From contig OX597820.1 of assembly GCA_951406725.2 (NCBI GenBank), positions 48,918,001 to 48,982,000 on the forward strand: a stretch of DNA of 64,000 bases. The letters run 5' to 3'. A program made the position numbers and the translations under genes. Below the pieces are notes generated by a model that saw only the letters and a list, made by a program, of their open reading frames with translations, was not told where the DNA came from and searched no databases. Every line of letters begins with the position of its first letter. Positions within the stretch are counted from its first letter, which is position 1. Positions 13,613 to 28,238 of this stretch are shown piece by piece. This stretch comes from Octopus vulgaris (Eukaryota).

Positions 13613-14795
13613 CACACACACACACACACACACGCACTAAAAAACACAGAAACGCAAATTTATGCACACGTCATGCATCTATACACACAAACTCCAAGTG
13701 AACACATGCACATCTATCTCAGTCAAAGAAAAATTGCGCTAACACATACATAAGTGATATTTGTACACTGATACATACTGGGTAGGTTAAAAATTGAATG
13801 CATCTTCTCTGACTATGATACTGCCATCCATCCAAGCGGTCCGTAGGAGAATCCTTCAGTTATTGTTCATTTCATTTAAAAGCATAGTAGAATGTTTACA
13901 TACCGCGTGCAAGCGCTGCAAATAAAACTACTGATATATATTTGCAGTAATCGTGGAAATAATTGTGTTATTTTAAATGTTAGATGGTTGGAAGTATAAA
14001 GAGTAACTTGGTATATATATATTCTTTTCAAATTCCATCGTCTTAAAGTCCTTGATGCTTTAAGGTTTTGGAAAATTCAAAACATGCAGTCTTAGGAAAA
14101 GAACTTCTTTTGAAGTTATATTCCTTGATATTCCATTGTCATCTCCTCCTTCTTCGGAGTGGTATTGGTTTTCACTTTACGTCCAGGAGCAAACAATATT
14201 AGATATGGCGGGAAATCGGAGATATAACCTATTATTATAGAATACTGTTCTGTTACACTACGATTACAGTAGGAACACCTATAATGTAAATACATTGTAT
14301 TACATCCTCATGTTCATATAATAGTTCAGTGAAGGAAATGTAGAGGAGTATAAGTACAATATCATTAGGCATATAGTGGTAAAACAGTCGTTATGGGCAT
14401 TGGAGGTTCAATGCCTTCGCTACACTATTCGGTCAGAAAATTAGATTATATAGTGAGAGAAGTTAAGTTATGGGAAGATAGTTGTGATAGGGAGATGGAA
14501 AGCGTTACTTTTCAGGAGGAATTATTTCAGTAGTTGGTGCTTTATGTAGATGAACGCTGTAATATATGCATACATAGCAACACACATAACACTTTCAAAA
14601 CTTTGAAAGAAAGAGTGTACACCAGGTAGCTGTGCACATGCATGCAAATACGTGGATGTATATACACATAATCCATGCACGTATCCATGCAATGTGGACA
14701 TCTATACATATGTGTGTGCCTCTCTCTCTCTATATATATATATATATGTACATGTGTGTGTTTGTATGTATGTATGTGTGTGTGTGTATGTAGTT

Positions 14796-15032
14796 AGAAT
14801 TTACAAATAAAGCAAAATACGAAGACAGGAGTGTAAACAGGTGGATTAGTTTAACGCTCGGGAAGATGAGAAAGTCTTTTACGTTTCGAGCCTACGCTCT
14901 TCAACAGAAAGGAACACGATAAAATAAACAGAGAGAGAATTTAAAAAAACAAGCATTAGTGGCTAGCGGTCGATCATGGTGATACATACAAACACACACA
15001 TATATATATTACATGCATACATACATGCATTC

Positions 15033-15085
<53 letters not shown>

Positions 15086-15308
15086 TACAGCCAGACAGAC
15101 AGACAGAGACAGAGATCACCATGATAGATCGGTAGCCACTACACACATTTTTTTCTCTCCTTGTGTCTTTCTGTGTTCCTTTCTGTTGAAGAGCGTAGGC
15201 TCGAAACGTAAAATACTATTTCAATAACTGAGCGTTATTCTAATACATCTGTTTAATTTTTACACCACCTGTCTTCGTCTTTTGCCTTTTTTGGGGGGAA
15301 TTCTCCCT
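14796..15308. mobile_element. Inverted pair (foldback) of ~190-bp elements, each with a hammerhead-like motif
   Basis: 14796-14983 is the reverse complement of 15115-15308 (tacgtttcgagcctacgctcttcaacagaaaggaacac vs gtgttcctttctgttgaagagcgtaggctcgaaacgta); spacer is CA/TA/GA microsatellite. Confidence 0.88.
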
Positions 15309-15537
15309 ATATATATATATATATATATTTGTAATATAATTGTCATTTATTATATTACAGATAAATTCCTCTATTTACGTAATATCGAGATCTCTTTCTT
15401 TCTTTTGTTGTCTTCCCATTATTATTAAAATATATATGCATAATAAATGAAATAAATGCATTTTAAATGACAGATAAAGAACGTATGTGTACACTGGGTG
15501 TACAGCCGGGCGGGAGATAGACATTCAGTTTATTTAC

Positions 15538-15595
15538 AACGCATTTTTTCATATATAAAGTAACGGAACGCATTTTTTCATATATAAAGTAACGG
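15538..15595. repeat. 29-bp tandem duplication
   Basis: aacgcattttttcatatataaagtaacgg x2. Confidence 0.9.
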
Positions 15596-15624
15596 CATGC
15601 AACGCACATTCTACATATGCATGT

Positions 15625-16258
15625 CTTCTTTTATTCTTTATTCTTTTATTTGTTCCAGTCATCTTGACTGCGGCCATGCTGGGGCACCACATTTAGTCGA
15701 ACAAAGCGACCCCAGGACTTATTCTTTGTAAGAATCTATATTTGTAAGAATCTATATAATCTATATGAGTTCTTTGGCCGAATCGCTAAGTTGCTTGGTT
15801 GTAAGCACATAAACATCGGTTGTCAAGAGATGGTGGGGGATAACCACAGGCACACAAACATAGACACACACACACACATATATATATAGGGAGAATTTAC
15901 GAAAAAACAACAGAAGACAAAGACAGGTGGTGTACAAAACAAACATGTATTAGTATAACGCTCATGAATAGAAGAAGTATTTTACGTTTCGAGCCAACGC
16001 TCTTCTACAGAAAGGGACACAGAAAAAAGGAGAGAAAAAAAATGTGTGTAGTGGCTAAAGATCTCTCATGGCGTCTCATATATAAATATATATATATATA
16101 TATACCACGAGTTACTTTCAGTTTCCGTCTACCAAATTCACTCACAAGGCTTTGGTCGGCCCGAGGCTATAGTAGCAAACACTTGCCAAAGGTGCCACGC
16201 AGTGGGACTGAACCCGGAACGACGTGGTTGGTAAGCTAGCTACTTATCACATAGCCAT
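15625..16258 (-). mobile_element. SINE family A interrupted by a nested ~190-bp element
   Basis: 3' half at 15625-15880 and 5' half at 16105-16258 (gtgccacgcagtgggactgaacccggaac). Confidence 0.85.
15887..16073 (-). mobile_element. Third copy of the ~190-bp hammerhead-like element
   Basis: tagggagaatttacg...tttacgtttcgagccaacgctcttctacagaaagggacac...gtggctaaagatctctcatggcg matches the 14796 arm. Confidence 0.87.
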
Positions 16259-16511
16259 ATAGTGTATGCATGCTTATATGTATATATATCTATTGCAAAG
16301 TCCCAAGAAGCACACTATAAAATTACAGATCTACTTCAAAAGTAAATTTCTCCAAAACATGATTCTATAGGAGATGTCTTTCATGATCTTCCATACAAGA
16401 AAGTGCTACACGTAAATATACACATACTGACCCTCAAGGAGCAACACACATAACCACTTGCACATATGTATGAGTAAGTGTGCATATATATGCATATATT
16501 AACACGCAGAA

Positions 16512-16543
<32 letters not shown>

Positions 16544-16819
16544 GTGTGTGTGTGTGTAAGTATTTATAGTGTATATATGTACACGCACATATACACACAC
16601 GAACACCCGCGCACACAAGCGCGCGCACATGAGTGGTGGTGTTCACCATATGCGCCCCATCAATAAAGAATCTGCTTAAGAATCTGCCACGTTTCAAGTA
16701 ATAATGTGACATTTATTTCAAATATTTTCTTGATTGTAAGAAACCAGGCATTTCTGGTTGTCAACAACATGAAAACACGGTGAGTCATCAATTTACACGC
16801 ACATATGTAGAGTAAGTGT

Positions 16820-16976
16820 ATACATGTATATATATCTATATCTATCTACCTAATACATATATATATATATATACATATATACATACATACATACATATAT
16901 ATATACATACATACATATATATATACATACATACATACATATATACATACATATATATATATATATATATACATAC

Positions 16977-17033
<57 letters not shown>

Positions 17034-17113
17034 CATACATATATACATACATATATATATATACATATACATACATACATATATATATACATACATATAT
17101 ACATATACATATA

Positions 17114-17145
<32 letters not shown>

Positions 17146-17203
17146 CATATATATATATACATACATATATATATACATACATATATACATACATACATAC
17201 ACA

Positions 17204-17239
<36 letters not shown>

Positions 17240-17275
17240 TATATACATATATATACATATATATATATATGTGTG
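16820..17275. repeat. Compound (TA)n/(TACA)n microsatellite
   Basis: About 450 bp of ta/taca units. Confidence 0.95.
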
Positions 17276-20200
17276 TACGTACATATATGCGTATGCACAT
17301 TTATTTATGCACATTGACATAGATACATGTATACATGCTTAAATTTGTACATAAAGAGAATACATCAATGTGTACATATGTGTGCCTATTCATGTGCATG
17401 TATGTGTGTATGTATAAAGCCATGTATATGCATATGTATGCATATACTTATATATGAATAAAAATAAGAATGTTTGTATTGATAATTTTGCCTAATGACA
17501 TTTTCCAAATGAGGTTATGATTCGTGTTTTCCTCATTATATAATATAAAATAATGTTGGCATATTTTTTTCTCGTGTTTATCGACACTGACGAACGTATC
17601 ATTGATTTTTATCTGTTTTTAATGCTTTTCTCATTTCTTTTGATTTACTTATTCGTCTTCCTAGTTATTGTTAGTGTCGTGCGATGCACGTTCGTTTCTG
17701 CTATTATTCCTCTTATATTTTGTCTTATTTTTTTTGTTAATATTTTTGCGAGTAACCAGTTTTGTTTATATATTTTACCGGTGTGTATGTATATTTATTT
17801 TTCTGTTGTGCTTATATATTTATTTTACCATTGTGCTTTGTTTTTGTTTTTTTTCTTTATGTTTTTCATGTTTAATATCATTTACCTCTATGTATATTGA
17901 ATTGTTATCTCCCTGAAATTCTTATATTTTCTACTGAACACAGACTTAGGTAGGCAAAAAGATGTTATTCTCAGAAGCATTCCTTTTAAAATGTTATCGA
18001 TCTCTCTCCAATTTCTCGTGTTAAATTGGAAAAATTCTTAACATTGCTCTTGTTGCATCTCTTACTGATCAAAACACCGCTCATATATTTAACAATTCAA
18101 TCCGTTATAGATTTCATGTGCGCAAACTGACCAGTCGATTTGCATAAAGATGCTGAAGCACAGAATTGGGAGCTACGGTGAGGATTTAATCGTCTCTTGA
18201 AATGAAATAATCAATTCAGACACCGATATTGGAAAATCTATGTAAGTTACCACTTCTATCTCCCAACCCTCTAAAAGTTCGGTTGTATGTTTATTCAAAG
18301 AAAACCAATTGTTTTCGTTTTCCCGTGTGAATAAACACAGAAAAAGTGCCACGTGAGAGTTTAATTTCTAGTTTCACTCAAATACCTTTCTTTTATATCA
18401 CAAATTCCTCTGACAGTTATAAAAGAAGACAGCATCTTAATTCTTCTCTGCCATAACACCTCTGCCTAAATACGGAACAATATGAATATTTATGCGATAC
18501 TTAAATATTGAAATGAAGTTGGTAGAAGATGATTAGTTTCCCCGTAGTCTACTTCTTTTTTTTCTTCTCTCTCTCTCTCTCTCTAATGCCTCGAAGATTT
18601 GAAGGTCTCAAAATGTCATTGCCTAAATTATATTGCTTAACCACAGTAAAACAAATATAAATTTACTCACAGATATAATATTTCTACGTTATATTTATGT
18701 AGTTGACATAGATGTAATGTTAGAAATGTTCGGGAGCTGGTAAACTCGATATCATCTACATCAGCATTTCACTCGTATTTGGAAGGGGAAAATGAATCTC
18801 TGGTGGGATCTTAACTCAGGTTTTAAGGTAAATTGCGTAATGCAGTTAAGCAGTTGCTCTACTGATTCTACTTTTATACCATCATCTATAATAATAATTA
18901 TAAATTCACTTTAGCAAGATTCTAGATTCAGTGACGCTGATAGAAGAGCAAACAACCCTTACTTAGAAATGATAGGCTGATTAGTAATGATAAGCTGATT
19001 AGATCCTTTGTCTGGTTTCTGCTAAAAATTCAACTGAACGTAAAGAAATACTATCGAGTTAGTTATAAAAGGTAGCGAACTCTTTCAAGAATTACATAAC
19101 TTATCGTAAATAAACGATCGCCTGGTCATATGAGGAATATTTTTGTCGACATACTGTCTTAGTCAAGATTTAACTCATAGTCACCATAACAGTACAAACT
19201 AGCTAACTATATTAAAAAAAAAACTAGAGAAACAGCTTCGTCCATAATTTTGTTCAAAGCTTTCAAGCATCATATAAGGGAATAATGCTGAGGCCAGAGT
19301 CCAGGCCCAAATGCCAGCAAGAAAATAAATTCTTCTAAGATGATAATGACCATCAACACCTATACTGATTACCACTTAGATTTATCGCTCAGAATCATAT
19401 ATTGTCGCTCAGCCAAATCAGGGTGACTTAATTCTGCAATAGCTTTTTAGCTTCCAGTAGGAATAAAAAAAAATATCAACATACTGCAAATTTAATTTCC
19501 TTGGGGACAACTCTCGGACGTCAAAACTTAACATATGACTTGTAGTTGTCATAATACAAACTAAAAGAAAGAAAGCCCTCTCCCTTATTTGTGTGTTAAT
19601 ATTCCGCTGACATCGAATGATCTTTTTATTAAATCAATATCGATTTAACAAATATAGTAATATACGTGGGTCGCTGGTATAAAAATATGGTCCAATGCTC
19701 TTGAGCAAAATCGATAGTTGGCGTCATTTCAACTGTGCAAAATCATATTGAAGTGATATCTGCGTTTTGGATTGCTGATTACAGAACTGCTTGGCATAAG
19801 CTGTAAGTTTAATGTTATCCAGCTTGCAAAGTAGGGGGCTAGTATATCTAATTTATGGAAACGAACTCATACAAGGAGTGAAGGTTTCCTAGCCGAAGTG
19901 ATAAATACAATAAATATTCAACCCAGCATGTGTGTACGCATAGGACAAGATTAAGTGGTGGCATAGCAATGATATAAAGTAGTTGAAATTATAAAGTCAT
20001 ATATATGCATATGTATGAATATATACGTGCATACACACACACACAAACATACACACACATATGTATGTATATATAAAAGTATACATATGTGTGAGTGTGT
20101 TTGCCTGCGTGTGTGTGTGTGTATGTATATATAATAAATAGATTTATATATATACACATATACATATAAATGCATATATATGTATATTGATATACATATA

Positions 20201-20409
20201 TGCATACATACATATATATATCTATATACATATACATATAAATGTATGTGTGTAGATTTGTGTCTGTATGCGTGCGCACTCACATATACACATACATTTC
20301 TAAACATGGAAAGAGAGAGAGGGGGAGAAAAGTTTAGTGAGAGAGAAATAGAGTAATTTTCGTGAACTGGTACGTTGTGGATTAGAAGAAATACATACAA
20401 TCATGCATT

Positions 20410-20448
<39 letters not shown>

Positions 20449-20510
20449 GTGTGTGTGTGCGCGTGCATGTCTATAAATATGTGTATATGTCTCCATACCA
20501 ACATACACAC

Positions 20511-20541
<31 letters not shown>

Positions 20542-21481
20542 CGTGCGTGCGTGTGTGTGTGTGTCTGTACGCATATATGTACATATGTAGATGTTCATAG
20601 TTTATATACACACATATACTGTTCCTGATAGAATTGCTAACCAAAAGTCCCTTGATTCTCGTGTTAACATGTTAAAATTAACATATGTAGGAAAGATGGC
20701 TTGTTCACCATTGGAATGTTCCTGCTTCTATTATTTGATCATGCTGAGCTGACATTGAACTAAACAGAAAACCGATCCATGGGACTAGTATGAAACCCTG
20801 TTTGCGTTGCATTGAATGTAAATACACACACACACACATATATATACACACAAACACAAGCACACGCTCTTGTGCACTTAAGTGTATGTACACTCTGTTA
20901 CTCTGAGTTCCACAGATACAAAAATATTTTAACAATTTTTGAATATGTTCAGCAGTGTCCTCGAATAGCAGAAATTATAATCTGATGTATGTGTCTGTAT
21001 GTATATGATACGTAGCTTCTGTAATTAATTCCGCAGGTGTAAATCTAGCGAAGATACGCGTGAGACTATACGTTTCTTTGTCCAGTTAAGGGCATTTATT
21101 CAATTCTGTTACAGGAAACGATGGCTCAGTTATAAATGTGTAACGTGTACACGTACACACCAGTCAACTTAACATCTGTTTCCGCTGCTTAACATTTCAA
21201 ATCGCCCTCTTCAGCTAATTCCTTTTCTGAAAATGTGAGGTACATGTTAAGCATACTCATTCATTGGGAACGAGATAAATTAGAATCAAAGAGGATAAAC
21301 GTTATGAAATGGTCAGTAATAAGGTAACACCGAACGCTCTGCTTTTAAGATTATGAACAATTAGTGCTGTACGTGAATTTCTATTTTGACGAATTAACGC
21401 GGATGAGCATCAAAATGCGAAATCATCGATGATCTGACTATGTCTGTGACCGTAGGGAACTTGCCCCTTTGTCAGTGATTC

Positions 21482-21548
<67 letters not shown>

Positions 21549-21573
21549 TACGTAGGAACCGTACAAAGTGGCA

Positions 21574-21645
21574 AAGATACCTATTTCTCCGCAGATTGAA
21601 AAGATGACGAACAGCCTCAAACAATCAACTCATCAGAGGTATCTT
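21574..21645 (-). ncRNA. Hammerhead relic lacking helix III
   Basis: Minus strand aagatacct-CTGATGA-...-GAAA-t-aggtatctt, with a perfect 9-bp helix I. Confidence 0.45.
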
Positions 21646-21854
21646 CATAATTTGACCAATAGCAGAGCGACATGTAGTCACACTGCTTATATACTCAAGA
21701 AATTCAATAGCTACAGCGAACCACTACGATGAGATTAACACTTGGTAACAGCAACTTCATTACGGTGCTGTAAAGAAACCAGCTCCGGTTGTAAAATGGT
21801 GTAGATGGATGAAAACCGACAAAACACACACATATATACGCTGAATTCTCACAT

Positions 21855-21985
21855 ACTTTCCGCTTACCAGTTACACTCATAAGACATCAGACAGGCTGGG
21901 GCTATATTAGCATAGGCCTTGCCAAGGATCCAGCCACGCTGTAGGACTGAATCCGAAAACAATACGTAGTTACAAAGCTTTTCTC
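21855..21985 (-). mobile_element. Degenerate SINE family A 5' half
   Basis: ctttccgcttacc...ttgccaagg...gccacgctgtaggactgaatccgaaaac. Confidence 0.5.
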
Positions 21986-24900
21986 ACGCATATATATATA
22001 CATATATATATACCCACGTAAGTTAATACCAATATGCACAAATACATCAACGTAAAACCTTTTGATGTTCCTGTGACATACTGCTTGCAATAGACATTTT
22101 TAGACTTGGAAGAAGTCGTCCTGCAACAAGTGTAATCACTGCCGATTTCTACCAGAAAGAAAAAGAAAAACAAGCAACAAAAAAAAAGAAGAAATCAGAA
22201 GGAGAATCGAATCCATTTGCAAGATTGTTCCTAAAAGGGTGAGAAGCAGACCTAACGTCCACGTATTTGAACTTGTAGCGCAGAGATGCGTAACTGATGC
22301 TGAAAAAACTATATCCGATGCATACAAAGATAGCCACGTACACATGCGCGCGTGCACACATATTAGTGCGCGCGCACACACAAACACACGCATACGTATA
22401 TACAGATGTATATACAAACTAATAGATATTGGCATGATCCAGTGACTTTGTTTTTTTCCCTCCGGTTCTACCATTCTCTCTAGCACTCTCGGCTTCACAT
22501 TTTCTTTTTCCCGGCTCTCATTTTATAGTCTTTTAATCTTTTTGGTTATTTTGTATTTCCCCTCGGGCTTTTCTTTTTCTCCTTCTGCCCTTTTTTTCCT
22601 CGTATCTTTCTCTTTACCTTTCTTTTTGCCAAACTTAATATTTCTTGCTTACCATCGTCAGTATTTCCTCATTTTCATTTTGTGCTGTATTCTCCTTCCA
22701 CTCACTGCTCCTATCTGTCACACTCTATTTGTTCAAAAATGTTTATCTCTTTTCTCCGTAGTTCACACACTTTGTGGCATCTCTCTTCTTCGTTATGCCT
22801 CCTTTCTCTCTTAAAATATAAACTCTTAGATTTCTTTTGTGTGCATATGCATCAGATAAGCTGAAGAAGAAAATGTATCCGATGAAAGAAATATAAAATC
22901 AGTGTTAGACATTGACTATATTTCTATTTTCAATTTTGGGCGTAATCTCGTATTTCATATGAAAACAAAATTATTATAATGAAATAGGTATTAGCGATGA
23001 AGTGAATGGAAATGTGTTTGTAAATAAGTCCCAAATGGCAAAGAATTAATTCGAGACATTATAGTGGAATACTGCGAAACCATAATATATAAGTTCTAGC
23101 GGGATAACTTAATATTTGCTCCCAGAAAGCTCGGTTTTCGAAGTCGAATCATATTTCCTATGCAATACAATTGCTCTGCTACATATGCCTGAGATACAGC
23201 CTATATTTTCAGGTGATTTCCAGAAATTCCGCCTATTTATTTCAATTCTAATCGATACCAGTATCCTATTAGTTCTTTCACTGGAATCGTTTTGTTGAAC
23301 AAGAACTTAAATGACATGTTCGAATTTGAAAGGAGGGGCGCATACTCTCACCAACAGCTATTGGTTTGATGTTGGTTCCGTCCGATATGGGATCCTTGTC
23401 CAAAACTATTTCGATGACTACCTGCATGATACCTATTATCACGTATCCGATACTCTTACTTAGAGCAATAATTTCAGTATATTTCAGTATTAAGTTATGT
23501 GATTCAGTCAATGATTTTCTAGTCCACAATTGCAGTAGAATATAATTATAATATGATTTAGTTGATACTTGTTTCCCGAGTGGCAAGACCATAAGCTAAC
23601 TAGAACTCATTGTAACAGCCTCTTTCAAGAAGTCTGTGTATAACAGGGGAATCTTGTATTTAGGTTATGTTTCATTTTTATTTTTACGTGTTAGAGTATG
23701 ATAGCCATATTCAAATGAATTTGCTACATATACGAAATAATGCAGTCAATAACATTTGAATTGCGGTCTTACTATAAAACATAAAGGAATGCTTTCCATA
23801 CTCCTAATTCTGCTCTAATTCTTTACCGCAGTACCTTTGCTTCAACATTCGAGGTAGTTTTGGCTGGGTTCCTTAAAATTTTCTCTAACATTCCTGCCAG
23901 TCGCAACTTATTAACAAATGCACTTTTCACCCCACTGAATATTTATACAACTTCTTTTCATTTTATTTTTATTTTATTTTAGACAATACAAAAACAGTGT
24001 TCTCTGATGTAACGTATAAAGTTTTGTGATACAATGCATACCCGGACTGAAATTCCTGATGCCAGATTTTATTCTTACATTGTTGTTACGCATGTGCACG
24101 CATACTTAATTCTGTATAGTTGTCTTCCTTCTTCATACCATTCTCAATAGACACCACCTCTCTACGTTTTAATACGCTCTTCTGTTTTCTTACTATTTCA
24201 GGAGCTTCAACTTGTGCCACCGTCTCTTATGATTTTCTTGTTATCTTACTGATATAACCAGTATTTGGTGTACATGGCAAGATGGTGCTTGTAAACACAA
24301 TATATAAGGATATCTATGTATACACGTACAAAAATCTAGTCTGGTGTCTCAACATGTTTACGCATGTACTAGTTTATAGTGGCTTTCGGCCTAATGCAAA
24401 ATATTAGTTCGCTATTTCGTACCTTACTAGTTTCTTATTTGGTCTATATTTAAAATACTCGTCTTCGTTCACTTTTTCTCTTCACATTTTTGATGAAATT
24501 GTATGAGTGATTACTCGGAGACTTTGACTGCGTAGAATTTGAATAATAAATAAATACAGAGATAGGTCTACTTATAATTAATACGGTTGTAAAAGTAAAT
24601 TGGCGTGGGTCCGTCAACAGTTTGCAACCAAGGTAAAATGAAACTGTTTCATTGATTTTTAAATAACTTTTCAGAATACATTTACCCTCACTTGTAAGAT
24701 ATCGATAGATACCAGAGGGAGGCCACATATTAAAATATCAATGAAACTCTGCCATCTGCAACTCGTTTATTTTTACGACAATTTTATTCACGTAATTTTA
24801 ACATACTCAACATTTTCATGTTTTGCATGAAGGCCCTTGCTTGATGTTTCAGGACTCACTTCTTACGATTTTGCTTTGCTGAATTTATCAAGATTATAGC

Positions 24901-26971
24901 ATACACGTGTCGTTTAGGGAAGCAATGAATGGAACCGATTGTCACTTGAGTATGCGAGATTGCTAAAATACTCATGATTAGTAACAATGAAACCTATATC
25001 TCATAAACTGCTTATTTATAACTAGTGTTTCTATTGTGAACAGAGCATGAACATAGATGACAATAGACTATCAGCTGTGACTTCGTTGTGAAACGGGATG
25101 TAGTTATTCTAATGTGATGGTCATTTATTTCAGAACTTCACAACCACGTTGTAATTTCTACGTGGCTGAAATTTATTATGTGAAGCTTTACTCCAATTTG
25201 TCTTGCAGCGTTTCAGAGCTTGATATACTTTATTTAGCCACAGATGATCGTTTGTTTGAGCGTATGATTAAAACATTTCCAATAATAACCCTTCAGTTCA
25301 TTTAATTGAAACATGATGTAATAAAAATTACGTTAACCATAATTCCTTCCTGCATTTGAGATATAATTTTGGATTCGAGAAAGATTTCCGTAGCTTTTCC
25401 AAGCAGTTCAAAGGGACAGCTGCCACTTCTTCGTTGGTTAGATGCTAGCGGTAAAAATATGGCCATGGCTATAACATCAATATGATAAGTATTAACGCTA
25501 AAATCGATACGACTGACTATATACTTATTCCCTTTGAAAAGCTGCCGAGGAGAAATTTCTGGGACTCAATAACTATGGGGAAAAGTATTGCAGCAGCGAA
25601 AAGTAAGTCAGCATTCTACAATCAACAATTGAAGTGGTTGCAGCTGTCATTTAGCCCCGAGTTGGACTTAATCAAAAAAAAAAAAAAAAAGAAATGGAAA
25701 TATGATCAAAGGTATTCCAGCCATGAACTTTGGTTAACTATATTATCCAAAGGAGATAGGGAATGATTTCAGTAAGACTTGGCGTGCTTGTTCAAGTTGC
25801 TTGATGACAACATTTGGCTCAACAAGTTCAAGATTTGTGCGATGATTCTCAACTGTTGCTGCTACAACGAGGAATGCTTTTTATATCCTTTTTCTTTCTA
25901 ACACCAGAAATACTTATAATCGAAGGAATCCCTAGTAACAAAACATTCGCCATTACAAAAAATATTGTTCTTTTTATGACATTTGTTTCACTTTTAGTTT
26001 ATTCAGGAAAAAGCTGCTGCTTTGTTTTTGTTTTTTTTTTTTTCTATTTTCAATTGCAAAACACAATTAAGAGATAGGGAAAAGCATAACACTTACATTG
26101 CGGATTCATAAGAAGTAATAACAATAATAATGAATATATAAGAAAACAAAACAGAAAACAAAAAAGGCCTAATGCAATGAAATAGAAGTCAAGATCAAAG
26201 AATGTGGAACAAAAAAAAAAAAAGAAAACGAAAACGAAAATCGTAGAGCTAAACAGAGATAAACAGAGATTGCAGCCATTAAATTGATGACATGTTTTCG
26301 TTATTGCCATTCAGAAATCATAGATATATGCGCCATCAATCGATAAATCATTCTACAAAATGAAACATATAACGGCGTTGAGACTGAGAATGGTGTTCAT
26401 CTTGTAGTTGTTGGCTTCAATGGAAACAAATTGCCGAACATACATTCTCAACCATAGCTCGACTCAGGAATCTATGGAATTCGGTAGAACGCATGGATTT
26501 ATAAAGATTAACAGAAGTATATTCATAATATATACGATTTAATAACCTGTCGTCGTGCTTGATAGGGGAAATCGAAAAGAGGAATGGTGTGAAATGTTAA
26601 ATAACCAAAGAGAATGAACAAACGCAAGAATTTCTTTCGGTTTTATCACTTCTTTACGTTAGTATTGGATATAACATAGTGAGTTCGCTCGTTTGTCATG
26701 TACGTGTGTGGAGGCATTTTTGCGTATGCATGTGTGTTTGTGCGAGTCTGTTTATATGAGAATTTCAGTAACGTAATAATATGCAATTTATAAGTGAAAT
26801 GTCTGTGCGTGTATCTATATTTGGATGTATGTATTTATGTATGTATGTATGTATGTATGTATGTATGTATGTATGTATGTATGTATGTATGTATGTATGT
26901 ATGTATGTATGTATGCATGCATGCATGTGTGTATGTATGCATACATGTATGGATATATTTGTTTACACACC

Positions 26972-27016
<45 letters not shown>

Positions 27017-27056
27017 GTGTTTATGTACGTGTGACTATATATATATATATATATAT

Positions 27057-27089
<33 letters not shown>

Positions 27090-27100
27090 TATATACATAC

Positions 27101-27170
<70 letters not shown>

Positions 27171-27794
27171 CGTACATATATACATACAAACATACGCACA
27201 CACACAAGCACACACACACACAGGCTTATATATGTATATACCAAAGCAGAAACATTTAAAAAGTGTGTGTGTGTATGCATGTTCTTTGAAGTTGTGTCTG
27301 GTCATGGTAGATATGTGGATATGGAACAGTTGACTCATAGTGCTACAACGGTAATTGGCCGTCAGTGAAAATTCACACGGCTTTCCAATATCTTGTGTAT
27401 GTGTGTACGTGTGTGTGGTTATGTGTGTGTATGTGCGTATGTGTGCGTGCGTGTGTGCATATGTGTGTGTATGTGTGTGTGCGCGCGCATATGTACATGA
27501 AACGGAATTCAGGACTTTAATTACCGATGTTGAATAATTATCATGTATGCCATCTCCCTTTTTAAGCGTGGGGAAAAATAAATTTATATTAGATAGAGCT
27601 GTAGCGTTTGTTAATCGTTATAGCCAAAGCATGATACTACCATGATTACTGCTAACATCATGTGTATGTAACATTCAAATTGTCGATATATGTTTAGTTC
27701 TGTTTAATGATACACACAGAAAAAAATAGCAGGCAAAACACTAATGATATATATACATATATATATATATGTATATATGTATTCTTTATATATT

Positions 27795-27990
27795 CTTTTT
27801 TCTTTTTTGTTTCAGCCGTGCTGGAACAACGCCTTTTAGAAATGGATCCCTGGACTTATTCTTTCTGAGCCAAGTACTTATTCTATCGGTCTCTTTTGCC
27901 GAACCGGTCAGTTACGGAGATATAAACGCACCAAAATCGGTTGTCAAGTGATGATGGAGGGAGAAACACAGACACAAGCACACACGCACA
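27795..27990 (-). mobile_element. SINE family A, 3' half
   Basis: agtacttattctatcggtctcttttgccgaaccg...atcggttgtcaagtgatg. Confidence 0.85.
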
Positions 27991-28015
27991 TACACACATA
28001 TATATACTTGGAAAG

Positions 28016-28115
<100 letters not shown>

Positions 28116-28195
28116 AATATGTGTATGTATATATATATGTATATATATATATACACACATATATGTATATATATATATATATATAAATATGTGTT

Positions 28196-28238
<43 letters not shown>

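Noticed and set aside
22631-22666. Minus strand ctgacga..gaaa-tat-ta hammerhead-like string
   Set aside because: Helix I and helix II barely pair; compatible with chance in AT-rich DNA.
23280-23900. Possible LINE RT C-terminal remnant (FEYG, LILKY) on the minus strand
   Set aside because: Motifs are too short and out of frame; needs a profile search.
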